NCBI RefSeq assembly: GCF_964204865.1 | Contig: NC_135256.1 | Location: 11,532,001 to 11,596,000, forward strand | Length of the DNA stretch: 64,000 nucleotides | DNA from: Styela clava | Lineage: Eukaryota | Direction of reading: 5' to 3' | Shown here: positions 40,735 through 51,954 of the stretch, piece after piece | Layout: each line of letters opens with the position of its first letter | Position numbering within the stretch: the first letter of the stretch is position 1 | Notes under the pieces: generated by a model | Database searches by the model: none | The model's input: the letters and a program-made list of their open reading frames with translations, nothing else | Told to the model about the DNA's origin: nothing | Program-made: the position numbers and the translations under genes

Positions 40735-42060
40735 ATGGACCTTTTACCTCTGAAAAATTCTTTCTATACTTTACCATGGGCATGGACCTTTCCCCGAGCA
40801 TCGACTTCCTTGTTTACTTCGTGACGTTGGCCAATCAGCAAGATGCAAAAAGTGACGTAACAATGCTCCCTTTTCGCATCCGTTCAGTCACTTTTTTCAC
40901 TCAGACAGATTTCCAAGCGTGGTCGTAAACATTACCTCGTTTTCGCATTTATGAACTCTAGTCGTTAGTTTTCAATCGTGTTTCGGAAACTTAAATATAA
41001 ATCAGATAATTCAATGATCACTCTGTCTTCTTAGGAGTTTTAATTTAATTGCAGTAATAAAAAATTAGTGTAGAAATAGCTGTGATAAATAAAATACCGG
41101 GTTTCTAAATCTGATAGACTAGGCTAAAATTCTTTACCGCTACTTTTAGAAAACAAATTGTTGTATGCGATGAATCATAATGATGGTTTGAAACGCATAC
41201 CCCATTTTACAGGCGTCAACTCGAAAGAGCACTCTTAAAATTTTGTAATGGTAAAGTATGGGAAGAATTTTTCGACGGTTAAAGGTCGGGGAAAGGTCCA
41301 TTGCAAAATTTTCAGGGCTTATTTTCAGAGTGGTTCCGCGAGTTGGCGCCTGTAAAATGGGGTACGTGTTTCAAAGCATCATTATGATTCATCGTATACA
41401 ACAATCTGTTTTTTAAAAGTACCGGTAAATTTTTTTAGCCCAGTCTTCCACAGCTATTTCTGCACTAAATTTTTGTTACTGCAATTAAATTAAAACTCCT
41501 AGGAAGACAGAGTGATCATTGAATTATCTGATTTATATTTAAATTTCCGAAACACAACTGAAAACTAACGATAGAGTACAGAAACGCGTAAACGAGGTAA
41601 TGTTTACAACCACGCCTGAAAATCTGTCTGAGTGAGAAAAGTGTCTCAGAGAATGCGAAAAGGCAGCATTGTTACGTCACTTTTGCATCTTGCTGATTGG
41701 CCAATGTCACGAAGTAAACAAGAAAGTTGATGCTCGATTCGTTAGTTTTCAGTTGTGTTTCGGAAACTTAAATATAAATCAGATAATTCAATGATCACTC
41801 TGTCTTCCTAGGAGTTTTAATTAAATTGCAGTAATAAAAATTAGTGTAGAAATAGCTGTGATGGACTAGGCTAAAATTCTTTACCGGTACTTTTATAAAA
41901 CAGATTGTTGTATGCGATGAATCGTAATGATGGTTTAAAACACATACTACATTTTAAAAGCGTCAACTCGCAAAAGCACTTTTAAAATAACCCCGAAAAT
42001 TTTCCAATGGTAAAGTATAGAAAGAATTTTCCGGGGGTCAAAGGTCGGGGAAAGGTCCAT
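40735..42060. mobile_element. Nested cluster of three copies of the ~520-bp TIR element
   Basis: Intact forward copy 40782-41301 (atggacctttccccga...tcggggaaaggtccat) sits inside a reverse copy (40735-40777 plus 41302-41736), followed by a 5'-truncated forward copy 41737-42060. Confidence 0.85.
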
Positions 42061-42183
42061 TGAAATGACTGCTTTATTTCTGAGAAACCTTATTGTGAAT
42101 GAAGTTATTACGAGGATAAAAAATAAAGATTCAGCTGGGTCTGTATGTCTATTTAATATTTGCTAAATTTCGTTAGTCTACGC

Positions 42184-42694
42184 CAGTGTTCTTCAACCTT
42201 TTTTTTATCGTGGTATACCTTTTACAATTTTTCAAGAACTTTGTATACCTGACAAATACCAATAATTATTTAAGGCTTAAATAATTATTGAATTTTAAGC
42301 ACATACATATTGTGCTGCAATATCATCATGCAATCTAATAGACTAGTGTCCGCAAGTTATAAATTTGACTGACGGCTTTAGGGTCAACGGGAATAATGTT
42401 CAACGTAAATCAAAAGGAGTGCATGGCAGCCGAAATCACCAACCCAGTCACTTGGTCGCATTATCTATATAATTTGTGACGTAACAATGTGCTCACGTCG
42501 GTTCTTTGCGTAAATGACATTTTATATTTCATGTGTGCCGCGTTTGCATTGTTGTCTCCGCTTGAATATTTTATAATTTATTATATTAGAGTTTAGAATC
42601 CCTGACTTAGGCTGTATACCCTTCATCAGTCGTATACCCAACTTATGGTTCGGTATACACTTGGGTATACCGTATACCCGGTTGAAGAGCACTG
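42184..42694. mobile_element. hAT MITE
   Basis: TIR cagtgttcttcaacc / ggttgaagagcactg; TSD gtctacgc / atctacgc; subterminal gtatacc repeats. Confidence 0.85.
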
Positions 42695-43290
42695 ATCTAC
42701 GCTACGGTACAACGTAAAAGTGAGTTTAGCCAAAGACGTGACGTACAAGTACCTCTATTTATCTACATTCGATATTAGGAAAGACCTTATTCTTTCTCCA
42801 CAAATGAAAGGAAAATTGTAAACGGGCATCTATGTAATTCAGGGCACACTAACACTTCGAAATTACACTAACACTACGACTATTACATTACAAATATTAC
42901 CACAAACTTCGTTTTATTATATTCTTATAGAAGACATGATTGAAACCCAAAGTGTTTCAGATTCAGATCCAGTTTTTCTCAAAACTGCTCAAAATGACTT
43001 ATGCAATTTGGTTATTAGCGTGACGAATATTAGCCTATCGATGCGAAGTATACTACTTTTGTTATACTGCGTGTAACAAAATTGTTATTGTATGAAAAAA
43101 ATCGTTGTTTGAAGCGGAAGAACTAATCCTTTTTAAATTCGTGATACATGGAAATATGTATCGCTGGAAGCCAATCCATGGACCCTATTAAATTCCACAT
43201 ATCACTATTTTTGTCAGAGTAGTGCCCACCCAAGTCCTTACCTGTATATAAACAATCGAAAATAAGCACACGCCAGACGACGAACAAACT

Positions 43291-43575
43291 ATGGATGGGA
43301 TTTATCACATGGGGGAAAAGAGCCGATAAGACGGCTAAATCATATGGCGAACCACGGTTTCTCGTCTGGTTACCGGATGATGCATGGACTTGATGGTGTA
43401 GGAAGCCGTAAACGACCAGCGGTTACATAAACCGCCCAACGGCGGCGAGGAGTCAAGCAATCCTCTCGCACATAATTATCCTCCATTTCCTGGATTCGAA
43501 CTCCCGCAGGGTAATCAGTGGCGAGTTAGCGATCGTCTTTATAACGCTTAGCACGATACGCCACACCGCCGAGCC
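43291..43575 (-). mobile_element. tRNA-derived SINE, copy 1
   Basis: Minus strand: A-box-like TGGCGTATCGTGCTAAGCG, B box GTTCGAATCC; body homologous to 59398-59724; short ATCC-repeat tail. Confidence 0.8.
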
Positions 43576-44450
43576 GTGATGAACACGCCAATGTTTATAA
43601 TTCTCAGGCCGTTTATTCTATTTTAAAACACTAGTGCTCATATTTGTCGAAGTCTAAACACTCCAATAAGGACCGCATTTAACACTGGACAATGTAAATT
43701 GGAGTCCTTCACATTTTTTTAAAGGGCTTGTCCCAGAACAAATGGGTGAAATTTCCCACCACTGGAAACGGCATCAAGGCGTCGGATTTTCTGGTGCCAC
43801 GACGTTTTAGTTTTCTGAAGGGTTTTCGAATTCAACTTACTATCTAATCTACTTGGTTGAATAGTCAACATTCCTTTCCTATCTTGTCACCAAATCGGGT
43901 TGTAAAATAAAGTCTAGAATGTACCATAAACCGGCACCAATTGGTAGCGCCTGTATTTTTAAAACTGAGACAGATTGGGGTGACAGACACTTTCAATGAA
44001 TTGAGACTCTGGAAGCACATAGTTTGATTGCGATGCTTGTCAGGATGATCCTCAAGAACCACCCTTTGCACTAGAAGCATGTCAACAACATTCTAAATTG
44101 GGGATGACGAAAACTAAATGGAAAACGATGTGATAAACAGACAAGATATAGCATTGAGGGTTCCAAGATGTACAGTATTCAGGACGTCAATTTGTTTCGG
44201 TCACCATCGAGCTGGATTTTTCAGATTATAGGCCAACTTGCTTACTCATATATGCATTTAACTACTCTCACAGTATGTAAGCGCACTCACATAGGGATAA
44301 AACTAGCAGTACCATATAAATCTAATATTACCTTGCCACCAAGTACTACGACTTCAATTCTGACCTAAGATGCCTTTTCACTAATTAATCAGAACAATTC
44401 AATTTTTTTTATACTTGATGTATTTTATTCCCAAGAGGGATATTAGACTT

Positions 44451-44474
44451 TCACACTCTCGATGGGTACAACAT
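44451..44474 (-). CDS. RPL35A: 60S ribosomal protein L35a (eL33), last coding exon
   Basis: TTTCAG|ATG TTG TAC CCA TCG AGA GTG TGA = MLYPSRV*; AATAAA at 44424-44429. Confidence 0.92.
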   Translation of the reverse strand: MLYPSRV

Positions 44475-44872
44475 CTGAAAAATAAATTTTCATATATTAT
44501 AATCGAATAAAATAAATGAGTTTATAAAGTCAAAAGATGTGTTAGTTTCAATCATATTCTTAATTTATTATTATAAATAACCATACAGAAAACTAAACCC
44601 AGTAAACCTGGACTGATGCAAAATACAACTGGTCATCGCCAGACTTTTGAAAGCTTGTGTTACTTTCTTACTGTAACCATACCTGTTGAAATTAAAGGTC
44701 TTGAAACTAGGTTTTGCCAAAATCTCAAATCAGTAGATTTATAAATTTTCGACATTTGCAATCCATAAAATCAACTAAAGCAAATGGAATGAGACTTTGA
44801 ATTCATCAGTCACCATATAGAAATTTCTTAGTTGTAACTTGCAATCTATGTAAAGTACCTAGTAGAACTCAC

Positions 44873-45017
44873 CACTCTTATACGATGTCCAATTGCTTTG
44901 GCTGGGAGGTTACTCTTGAATTTTGCTCGGACGACTCCACTGTTACCATGTGATCGTGTTATTTTTCCCCATATTACTCTTGTTTTATTGGGATCGCCAC
45001 CAGGAGTTCTGGTTTTC
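44873..45017 (-). CDS. RPL35A: 60S ribosomal protein L35a (eL33), coding exon 3
   Basis: [48 protein letters not shown]; AG/GT flanks. Confidence 0.97.
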
Positions 45018-45175
45018 CTGTGTAATATGAATATACAATATGACAGAAAAATAATACAGAGAATATACCGGTAATGAACAAAGCATAAGCATTCTGTCCA
45101 ATCATTGGTTAGCAGAATAAACTGAAAGAGTATATTGGTAGCAGCACCTGCCTGTACCAAGCATTAAACAAAAGG

Positions 45176-45468
45176 ATTAGGTTCAAATGTAGGTCACACT
45201 AAATATTTGATTGTGACTTTAGAACTAATTTAGGGCAATAAAATTATATCAAGATTTTGCAATGAACATCCATAATTAGGTTCGAATGTAGGTCACACAG
45301 AATATTTGATTGTTACTTAAGAACTAATTTAGGGCAATAAAAATATATCAAGATTTGGCAATGAACAGTCATAAATTAGTTTAAATGTAGGCCACACAAA
45401 ATATTCGATTGTGACTTTAGAACTGATTTAGTACAATAAAAAAAATATCAAGATTTAGCAATGAACAT
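45176..45468. repeat. Three tandem copies of a ~99-bp unit in an RPL35A intron
   Basis: Units start at 45176, 45275 and 45375: attag(g)tt.aatgtagg.cacac..aatatt.gattgt.actt.agaact.attta...aatgaaca. Confidence 0.9.
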
Positions 45469-46166
45469 ACGATAGTCTGACTAAGAGATCTTCAGGGAGC
45501 TGCACAAAAAACTACTACACAAACTTCTCGGCTGAACAACAATTAAAACAAGATGTTCAAAATAGCGAATGACTAATGTTAAACCGCATCAAAGTCGCTA
45601 TCCCAGAATTTATTAACAAACATTTTCCTTTCATATCCTTTAATTAAACAACAACTTGCCAACCGCTGAACATACTTGTTACAAAAATATTAATAAAATA
45701 AGTTTAATAATTATGTCAGTTTTTAACGAGGCTGACAGATGAAACCAGTTCGAGCCAGCAGAAAGCTTAATAGGTCTAAGAAATCAGCCATGTGTGTATA
45801 GTTTGGTAATGCAAAAAAATCTCAACTAAAAATAAACTGATTTGATTTTCCACAGATGCTACATGATGTGAAACAAACGCAATTTGTGAATTGTCTACCT
45901 TGTCTAGGAATAAAATTTATGACGATAATCCCACTACCAGCACAAGACACCAAATGAGTAGATGCAACAGTTGCTCTCATTATTTAAACAAAAGTAATTC
46001 AGTATTAAAGAGATACTAAAAGAAAATCATACTAAAGAATTATATTACATTATTTGAAGCCTTTTAAATACTATTCAAAACTGATACACATTGTTTGAAT
46101 CAGAAAATCTTAATCAATAAATAAATTGAAACAACATAAATTTCTGTACAAAATTTTGTAACATAC

Positions 46167-46322
46167 CTTTTAGCTTTGTATACATAAGCACATCTCTTTC
46201 CCATATAGAATTCTGTGCTCTTATTATCAAAAACTCCCTCAATTCGTAACAGGGCAGTGTTTTCGTGTTGATTTCTCAGACCTCTCTTATATCCAGTGAA
46301 TACAGCCTTGCACCATAATCGA
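46167..46322 (-). CDS. RPL35A: 60S ribosomal protein L35a (eL33), coding exon 2
   Basis: [51 protein letters not shown]; TTTCAG| and AG|GTATGT. Confidence 0.97.
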
Positions 46323-46567
46323 CTGAAACAGAAAGACAATCAATAGTAATGAATACTACACCAAAATCCTGAAATATCTAAAAATAACTATGAACACAGA
46401 AACTACTGTTATCTAATTTTCCCCAGAACAAAGCAGAATGTCCAGTCACAAACGACTATAAAAGCATTGTTTACAATCAGGACATATATTTGAGGCACAA
46501 TACATAAAACAATGCCAATTAAAAAACAACTGAAATAATCCATAATTATTATACAAGTTCCACTCAC

Positions 46568-46581
46568 TTATTCGAAGCCAT
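46568..46581 (-). CDS. RPL35A: 60S ribosomal protein L35a (eL33), first coding exon (MASN-)
   Basis: AAAATGGCTTCGAATAA|GTGAGT, phase 2 matching the next exon; total 339 nt = 112 aa; exon acceptor probably before 46613. Confidence 0.75.
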
Positions 46582-46947
46582 TTTCCAATTTCCCCTTCAA
46601 GACCATGAAGGATCTGAAACCATATATTAAAAATTAATTTTATATACAATTAATCAATATAGTCTATAGCTTAATACTGTACGGTAATATTAACGAAATA
46701 CCAGGGTTTACCGAAAATACTATTGTATTCAGAACTTGGAAAATCTATTCAAATATCCAATCAACTAAAAAGAAGAACGGTACAGGTAATTGTAAAGTTT
46801 TATCGACATTAATCGAAGGTAAATCACCACATTACCAACCATATGAAATATGACGCGGTATACGAACTAGCATTGTGCAAAAAAATATCAATATACAGCT
46901 TAAATAATAACTATTTACGAAGCAAAAACAATTTATGATAAACCTAC

Positions 46948-46993
46948 CTAAAACGGCCACAATGAGCAGCGAAATTGGTTGAAAAGAACGAAG
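46948..46993 (-). promoter_or_regulatory. RPL35A non-coding exon 1 with 5'-TOP/TCT-type pyrimidine start
   Basis: CTTCGTTCTTTTC (46993-46981) then donor TAG|GTAGGT at 46948/46947, typical of ribosomal protein genes. Confidence 0.7.
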
Positions 46994-47439
46994 TGAGTCG
47001 CAACATATATATCGTTGCCAGATTTTTTAAATTCGATTCATCAACGACAAATGAGAAAGCGAGAGATAAAACATTTGATTCGTTTTGGAGAATCTGTATA
47101 AAACAATTATGAATTGTAAATTATTACTTGTTTATTGTTATATAACATTATGATAACAAAATTAAAATCATTCATATAGTATCCTTACTATAAACTTTGT
47201 CGCTGTCACTTGTAGGTGTCGCTGCCTTAAGACCATTTGATGTCCCTTGCGACTTCTGTAACGCAATTTAAGTTAGTTTCCTTTTGCTTCTTTCGTTCTT
47301 CTTTCGTTGCTCCTTTTGCTTCTTTTGTTTTTTCCGCAAATTACAACAACAACTTGTTAGATGTAGAACACGGAATTTAGACAATAGTTTTAGAAAATAT
47401 TTACTCGAGTGTTTATTAAATTTGAGTTGAACCACAAAA

Positions 47440-48360
47440 CCCCATTGGAATTTTTTTCGAATTGTTAAAAATTCGAAGATAATACGCTGTGTTTGGGATT
47501 ATATACAGCCATATCAAACCGTGCTGCTACTGCTCTGCTATGATTAAATGGAATCTGAACGGTTCTCCCTTTTTCTAATATTTCGTAATGTTGGCTTCAT
47601 TGTAGGTTTTCAAGAAATCGACCAACCAAAACTGTAATTATTCAAAATAAAAAATAAAATCCACGAGAGGCCGTATAATGTTTATAGTTATTTTATACCA
47701 TTCCCAACTTATTCCAAGTGTATTAGACGTTCCGTATCGGTATATGAAACGGTAAAAAAGGTAATTGTTCAATTATTTATTAAATTTATTCGAAATACAA
47801 AACCACTTTTACCTATGATAAATATATATTTTTCATAAAATTATCGAAATATACACTATGTTTTTAGTATTATATATGGCCAGATAAAACGTTTAACTAC
47901 TATTCTGTCATGATGAATTCGAATCTACAAATTTTTTTTTCTTCTAATATGTTGTAATGCTGGCTTTATAGTAGGTTTTCAAAAAATCGCTTATTCAAAA
48001 CTGTAATTTTTCTACATTTCTAAAGAATTCACGAGGTGGCGTAAAATGTTTTTTATTTTTTTATTTTATACCTCCGATACTTGTTTTGAATGTATTAGAC
48101 GTTCAGTAACAAAGTTAAAAAATACTTGTTCAATTTTTCAGTAAATTTAGTTACATAGTTTATTTAAACTATGATACATGTATATTTTTCATTAAATTAT
48201 TTGAATATGCGCTATGTTTGGCAATATATATGACCATGTTGAACCATGCTGCTTTTCTGTCATCATAATGAAATCGAATCTATAGTTTCCCTTTTTCTTT
48301 AAATATGTCGTAATGTTGGCTTTTTTAGAGGTCATCGAGAAATACCTGCCCAAAAACTGG
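47440..48360. repeat. Diverged tandem repeat, ~360-bp unit, ~2.6 copies
   Basis: Anchors ctatgata at 47813 and 48169, tgtattagacgttc at ~47719 and ~48091, tcgtaatgttggctt at ~47583 and ~48308. Confidence 0.8.
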
Positions 48361-48449
48361 TCATTAGATCAACTGTAATCAATCATTCTCATAATACTTG
48401 TTTTACAGTTTTTTGGACACGTTTAGTGGCCATAACGATCGTTTCAATA

Positions 48450-48590
48450 TTATGTTGTTGTTGTTGTTGTTGTTCTTGTTCTTTGACACGTTTTTAAAAA
48501 ATCGCTTTTCTCTTCGAATACTGGACCAATTGCTTTGAAATTTTCAGTGGTTAAAGATTAATTTCTTCGCTAGAAGGCTATTACTTATTA
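48450..48590 (+). repeat. (GTT)n-containing dispersed repeat, possibly Helentron/HINE-like
   Basis: Microsatellite followed by ...ggaccaattgctttgaaattttc...ttcgctagaaggctatt; related copy at 4187-4275. Family assignment is inference. Confidence 0.45.
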
Positions 48591-49361
48591 TTTATATTTA
48601 TATATATATATAGCTATTATTTATTTCAAAATTTTGCGTGAATTCTATGAAATTTGATATTTCGTCTAAAATTTTGCTGTATTATTTTTTATCCATGAGA
48701 ACACGGATTTTAGTCAGTGTCATGACTGGCTGTACGTTTTGATTCTGCAAAATTCTTGCTACTGGAAATTCAGAACTCTTTTGAGGGTACCGGTAGCGTC
48801 AAAGGTACCGGTAAAGACTGATTCGCTCTGGTCTAACGTGTCCATATATTTGTGCGTAGCTCTCTTGTTTATTGCTACTGTTGCTTGTCTATGCGAACTA
48901 CAGGGTTGTCGCTATAAAAGCAGAAAATTTATCAAACATTCAATTTTTACAAAGAATGACTTTAATGAGATTATTAAAGACATGCTATATTACATTCATA
49001 GATGATAAAAATGTCATCTGTGCAGAGCAGTATCTTAGTCCAAGAAATGATTAAGAATGCATTTTATTCCTGATCTCATTCGAGCTTTCAAATTTCTGCT
49101 TTTCTAGTGACCACCCTGTATATTTTAAATGTGGCATCCAATGTTATCATGCGAATCTAGACTTAAACAGACTAATTTAAAAGGTTCCACCGAATACCAC
49201 ATAGCCGTATAATTATCATTTCATATTTACATAAACATTTTAAAGGTTCTAGGTAACATTTCGAGTGCAATCTTCTGATTGGACCCATCTCTTTCAAAAA
49301 CTTTTTCTCGTTTCGACCTTCTTAGATGCATCAGATGGAATATATATGGGTGGCACTAAGG

Positions 49362-50031
49362 CAGGGTCGTCCAACCCATGGCCGCGGGTCACATGTAGCC
49401 CGCCGAAGGTTTCCAAGTGACCCGCGTGATATTATTCGAATCCCAATGTTTTTCATAAATTTGAACCATTATTGAAACTTCTAATAAAAAGTTTTTCCTC
49501 GTCGTTTAAACGCGCGAGAAGCACCACCCAGCTATCGAAAGCTTTTTTATGTCCCTTTGTGGGCGTAATTGCTGGAGAGAGATGTTTGGATTTATTTTTA
49601 TCGTCTGCCATGTATTTCAATCTGATTTCCTGTATTTTTTCTGCGAAGCTACAAGAGGCAGTTTTCATGACCTCAATATTTGACAGCACTTACTTGTGCG
49701 AGCAAGTTTTTTCACAGATGAACCATGTCAAATCCCCATGAGATCACTAATTTCGCTGATGAAAAATTCGCTCTGCATTCACAAACTTATTGAATGAAAG
49801 CGGTGTCATACTTGACATTGAAATATATATGCGTAGTAAAAACTTTTGACTTTACTGTATCTTCGTATTTTCATTGTGCTTATAATTTTGGTTTGCGTTT
49901 TTTTTGTTTTTGTTTTTTATTAATCTGCAGTCGGCGTAGTAAAAACTAGAACATAACCACCATGTCAAGTGGCCCGCGCGATCATTCGTGAACTAAATGT
50001 GGCCCTTCGGCCAAAAACGTGGACCACCCTG
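49362..50031 (+). mobile_element. Internally deleted hAT/Charlie transposon with transposase C-terminal remnant
   Basis: TIR cagggtcgtcca / tggaccaccctg; TSD cactaagg / cactaaag; ORF end SIFDSTYLCEQVFSQMNHVKS resembles the hAT dimerisation motif (FGSTYLCEQxFSxM). Confidence 0.88.
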
Positions 50032-50589
50032 CACTAAAGAATGCGTTTCACTTACTTAACATCTTCTGAATAGCGTTTCATCTCTTAAAAACATTCTCAT
50101 AGAATTCGGTTCCTAACTAAAAAAATTAAAAACCAGTGTAAATTACATTCTAACATGGGATATCTTCCTGATATTTTACATGATGCTTGTAGACCTTATT
50201 CATACAAAAACATTTAAGCTCAATTTTGATATGATTGCTTTTTATACCTATATAGACGTTACTTTGAGTCATTCACCATTTACATGTTTTAAGTAAGTAA
50301 CCAATGCCATACACTCACATGAAAACTTTCTCTCATTAATTTAATCATCAATCAAAAATGTCAAATTCGTTAATATCATAATTGATATAGCAAGTAATTT
50401 GTCTGAATTTATATCTAGGTATATTCAATTAATGCTTATATCATCCCAACCTCTTGCTAACTAAATTATTCTTCCATTGAAAGTTTTTGATTGTTTCGGA
50501 CAAACCTACAATATCACATCCTAGATGTCTTATCACATCTAAAGCTCTTGTCTTTCACGTTATAAATATTTGTATATGATGTGTAGTGG

Positions 50590-50804
50590 CAGTAGTGGCA
50601 AATCTGCGTGAAATGGCGCCTATGGAAATGCGCCCTCTTGATCGATCGTTTACTGAAATTTTTAACTACGGTTTGTTGCTTTGGGATACATTTACGTTAT
50701 TTAAGTAATTTTTATCAAAATGTGGTTTCGCCCATTGTGCGCCCTCATCCAAATGGCGCCCGTGGCAGGGGCAGGGGTCTTCTTGCTATATATGTATGCC
50801 ACTG
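50590..50804. mobile_element. Decayed MITE with GGCGCCC motifs
   Basis: cagtagtggca...ggcgcc...gcgccc...gtatgccactg. Confidence 0.35.
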
Positions 50805-51346
50805 AGCCCAGGTATCGCCCAGAAATTCACAATTCTTCATTACGTGTCTGATCATGACAAAAGCTTGATATCTCTATGTTGCTCGCTTTTAAACAATCCG
50901 TCCCTGCATTCCCATTAATATCTCAACTTTATCCACCTTTTCTCATAGTTTTTTTCCGAAGACTAGATGTATATTTTTGTTTATTCTCTTGCTTGAATAA
51001 TAATAAAATTATTGAAGCAATATCCGTTCTCCCTGCTTATTGGTTGTCGGGGACTGGGTTTTGTTAAAGGCTAATAAGAAATGGGAGTTGGAGCATAGGT
51101 GTAAGAAGTGTCTCAAAACGTCATTTTGTCTAGTTTCTGCGGATTTCACATTAGGACGTAACAAGGTTACGACGTCACACTGGCTAGCCGCGATTTTATG
51201 GGGCGCCCTAACGCCGGGTCCGGGCCTCGTTTTTTTATTTTATATATATATCTCTGGCCGATCGTAGGCCATAGATAAATCGAGTATAATTGCTGAAATT
51301 TATACACGAAATTTATAACGATGCTTGATCATACATGATACGAATG

Positions 51347-51605
51347 AAAATTTTATATTTTTGAGGTCCTGACCCTTCGATTTCCTTCATCTGACTCTTC
51401 GATTTCCTTCATATTCTCTTATTTTGGGGTTTCTGTAGTCCACAGCTCGAGCTTCTCCTTCGTTATATAGTTCTTTGCGCCGCCCTTTCAGTGACGACAC
51501 AGATTTGACAAGCGGATATTACACATTCGCGGGAGTCAAACTTTAGTCCCCGTGAACAAATATATGGTCTACCCAGCGCCTTTACCAACTAGGCCAATTA
51601 AGAAC
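51347..51605 (-). ncRNA. Candidate Pol III unit with tRNA-like head (left arm)
   Basis: A box TGGCCTAGTTGG (51596-51585), B-box-like GTTTGACTCCC (51541-51531), first T4 at 51350-51347; cloverleaf not intact. Confidence 0.35.
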
Positions 51606-51723
51606 TTAGAAACAAGGGTCTATGGTCTAATATTTATGTATCATCTCAAAGGATTTGTAAAAAAAATATATAAAAGTCATTCATGATGAAAGATAAATAT
51701 TAGAACTTAGATCTTACTCTCAC

Positions 51724-51954
51724 GTTCCTCCTTGGCCTGGTTGGTAAAGGCGGTTGCTATACCTTTAGTTTGTTCATGGTGACCAAAGTTTGAATTCCGC
51801 GAACTTACTGTCCCGATTCAATTTCGTGTCTTCATTAATTGGATTACGCAGATATATAAAGTATGAAGGAAGCTCCAACTTATAAGAAGATAGAAATCCC
51901 AAAATCAACGAAAATGAAGAAAATCGAAGAGTCACCTTGGAAATGGAGATTTTT
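51724..51954 (+). ncRNA. Candidate Pol III unit with tRNA-like head (right arm)
   Basis: A box TGGCCTGGTTGG (51733-51744), B-box-like GTTTGAATTCC (51788-51798), first T-run at 51950-51954; cloverleaf not intact. Confidence 0.35.

Noticed and set aside
43620-44110. Retroelement or coding remnant downstream of RPL35A
   Set aside because: Slightly GC-richer, but no recognisable motif in any frame I read.
44728-44812. C/D snoRNA candidate (CTGATGA...CTGA, minus strand)
   Set aside because: Imperfect C box, no terminal stem and no convincing rRNA guide next to a D box.
45176-45468. CRISPR-like array
   Set aside because: Units are similar along their whole length with no unique spacers; eukaryotic intron; no cas genes.
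45889-45985. H/ACA snoRNA in an RPL35A intron (hairpin followed by ACAATT on the minus strand)
   Set aside because: No H box between the hairpins and an asymmetric pocket; cannot be supported without a covariance search.
51525-51804. Two functional tRNA genes
   Set aside because: A/B boxes are present but the T-stem and anticodon stem do not pair and the T-loop reads TTTGA; kept only as tRNA-like heads.
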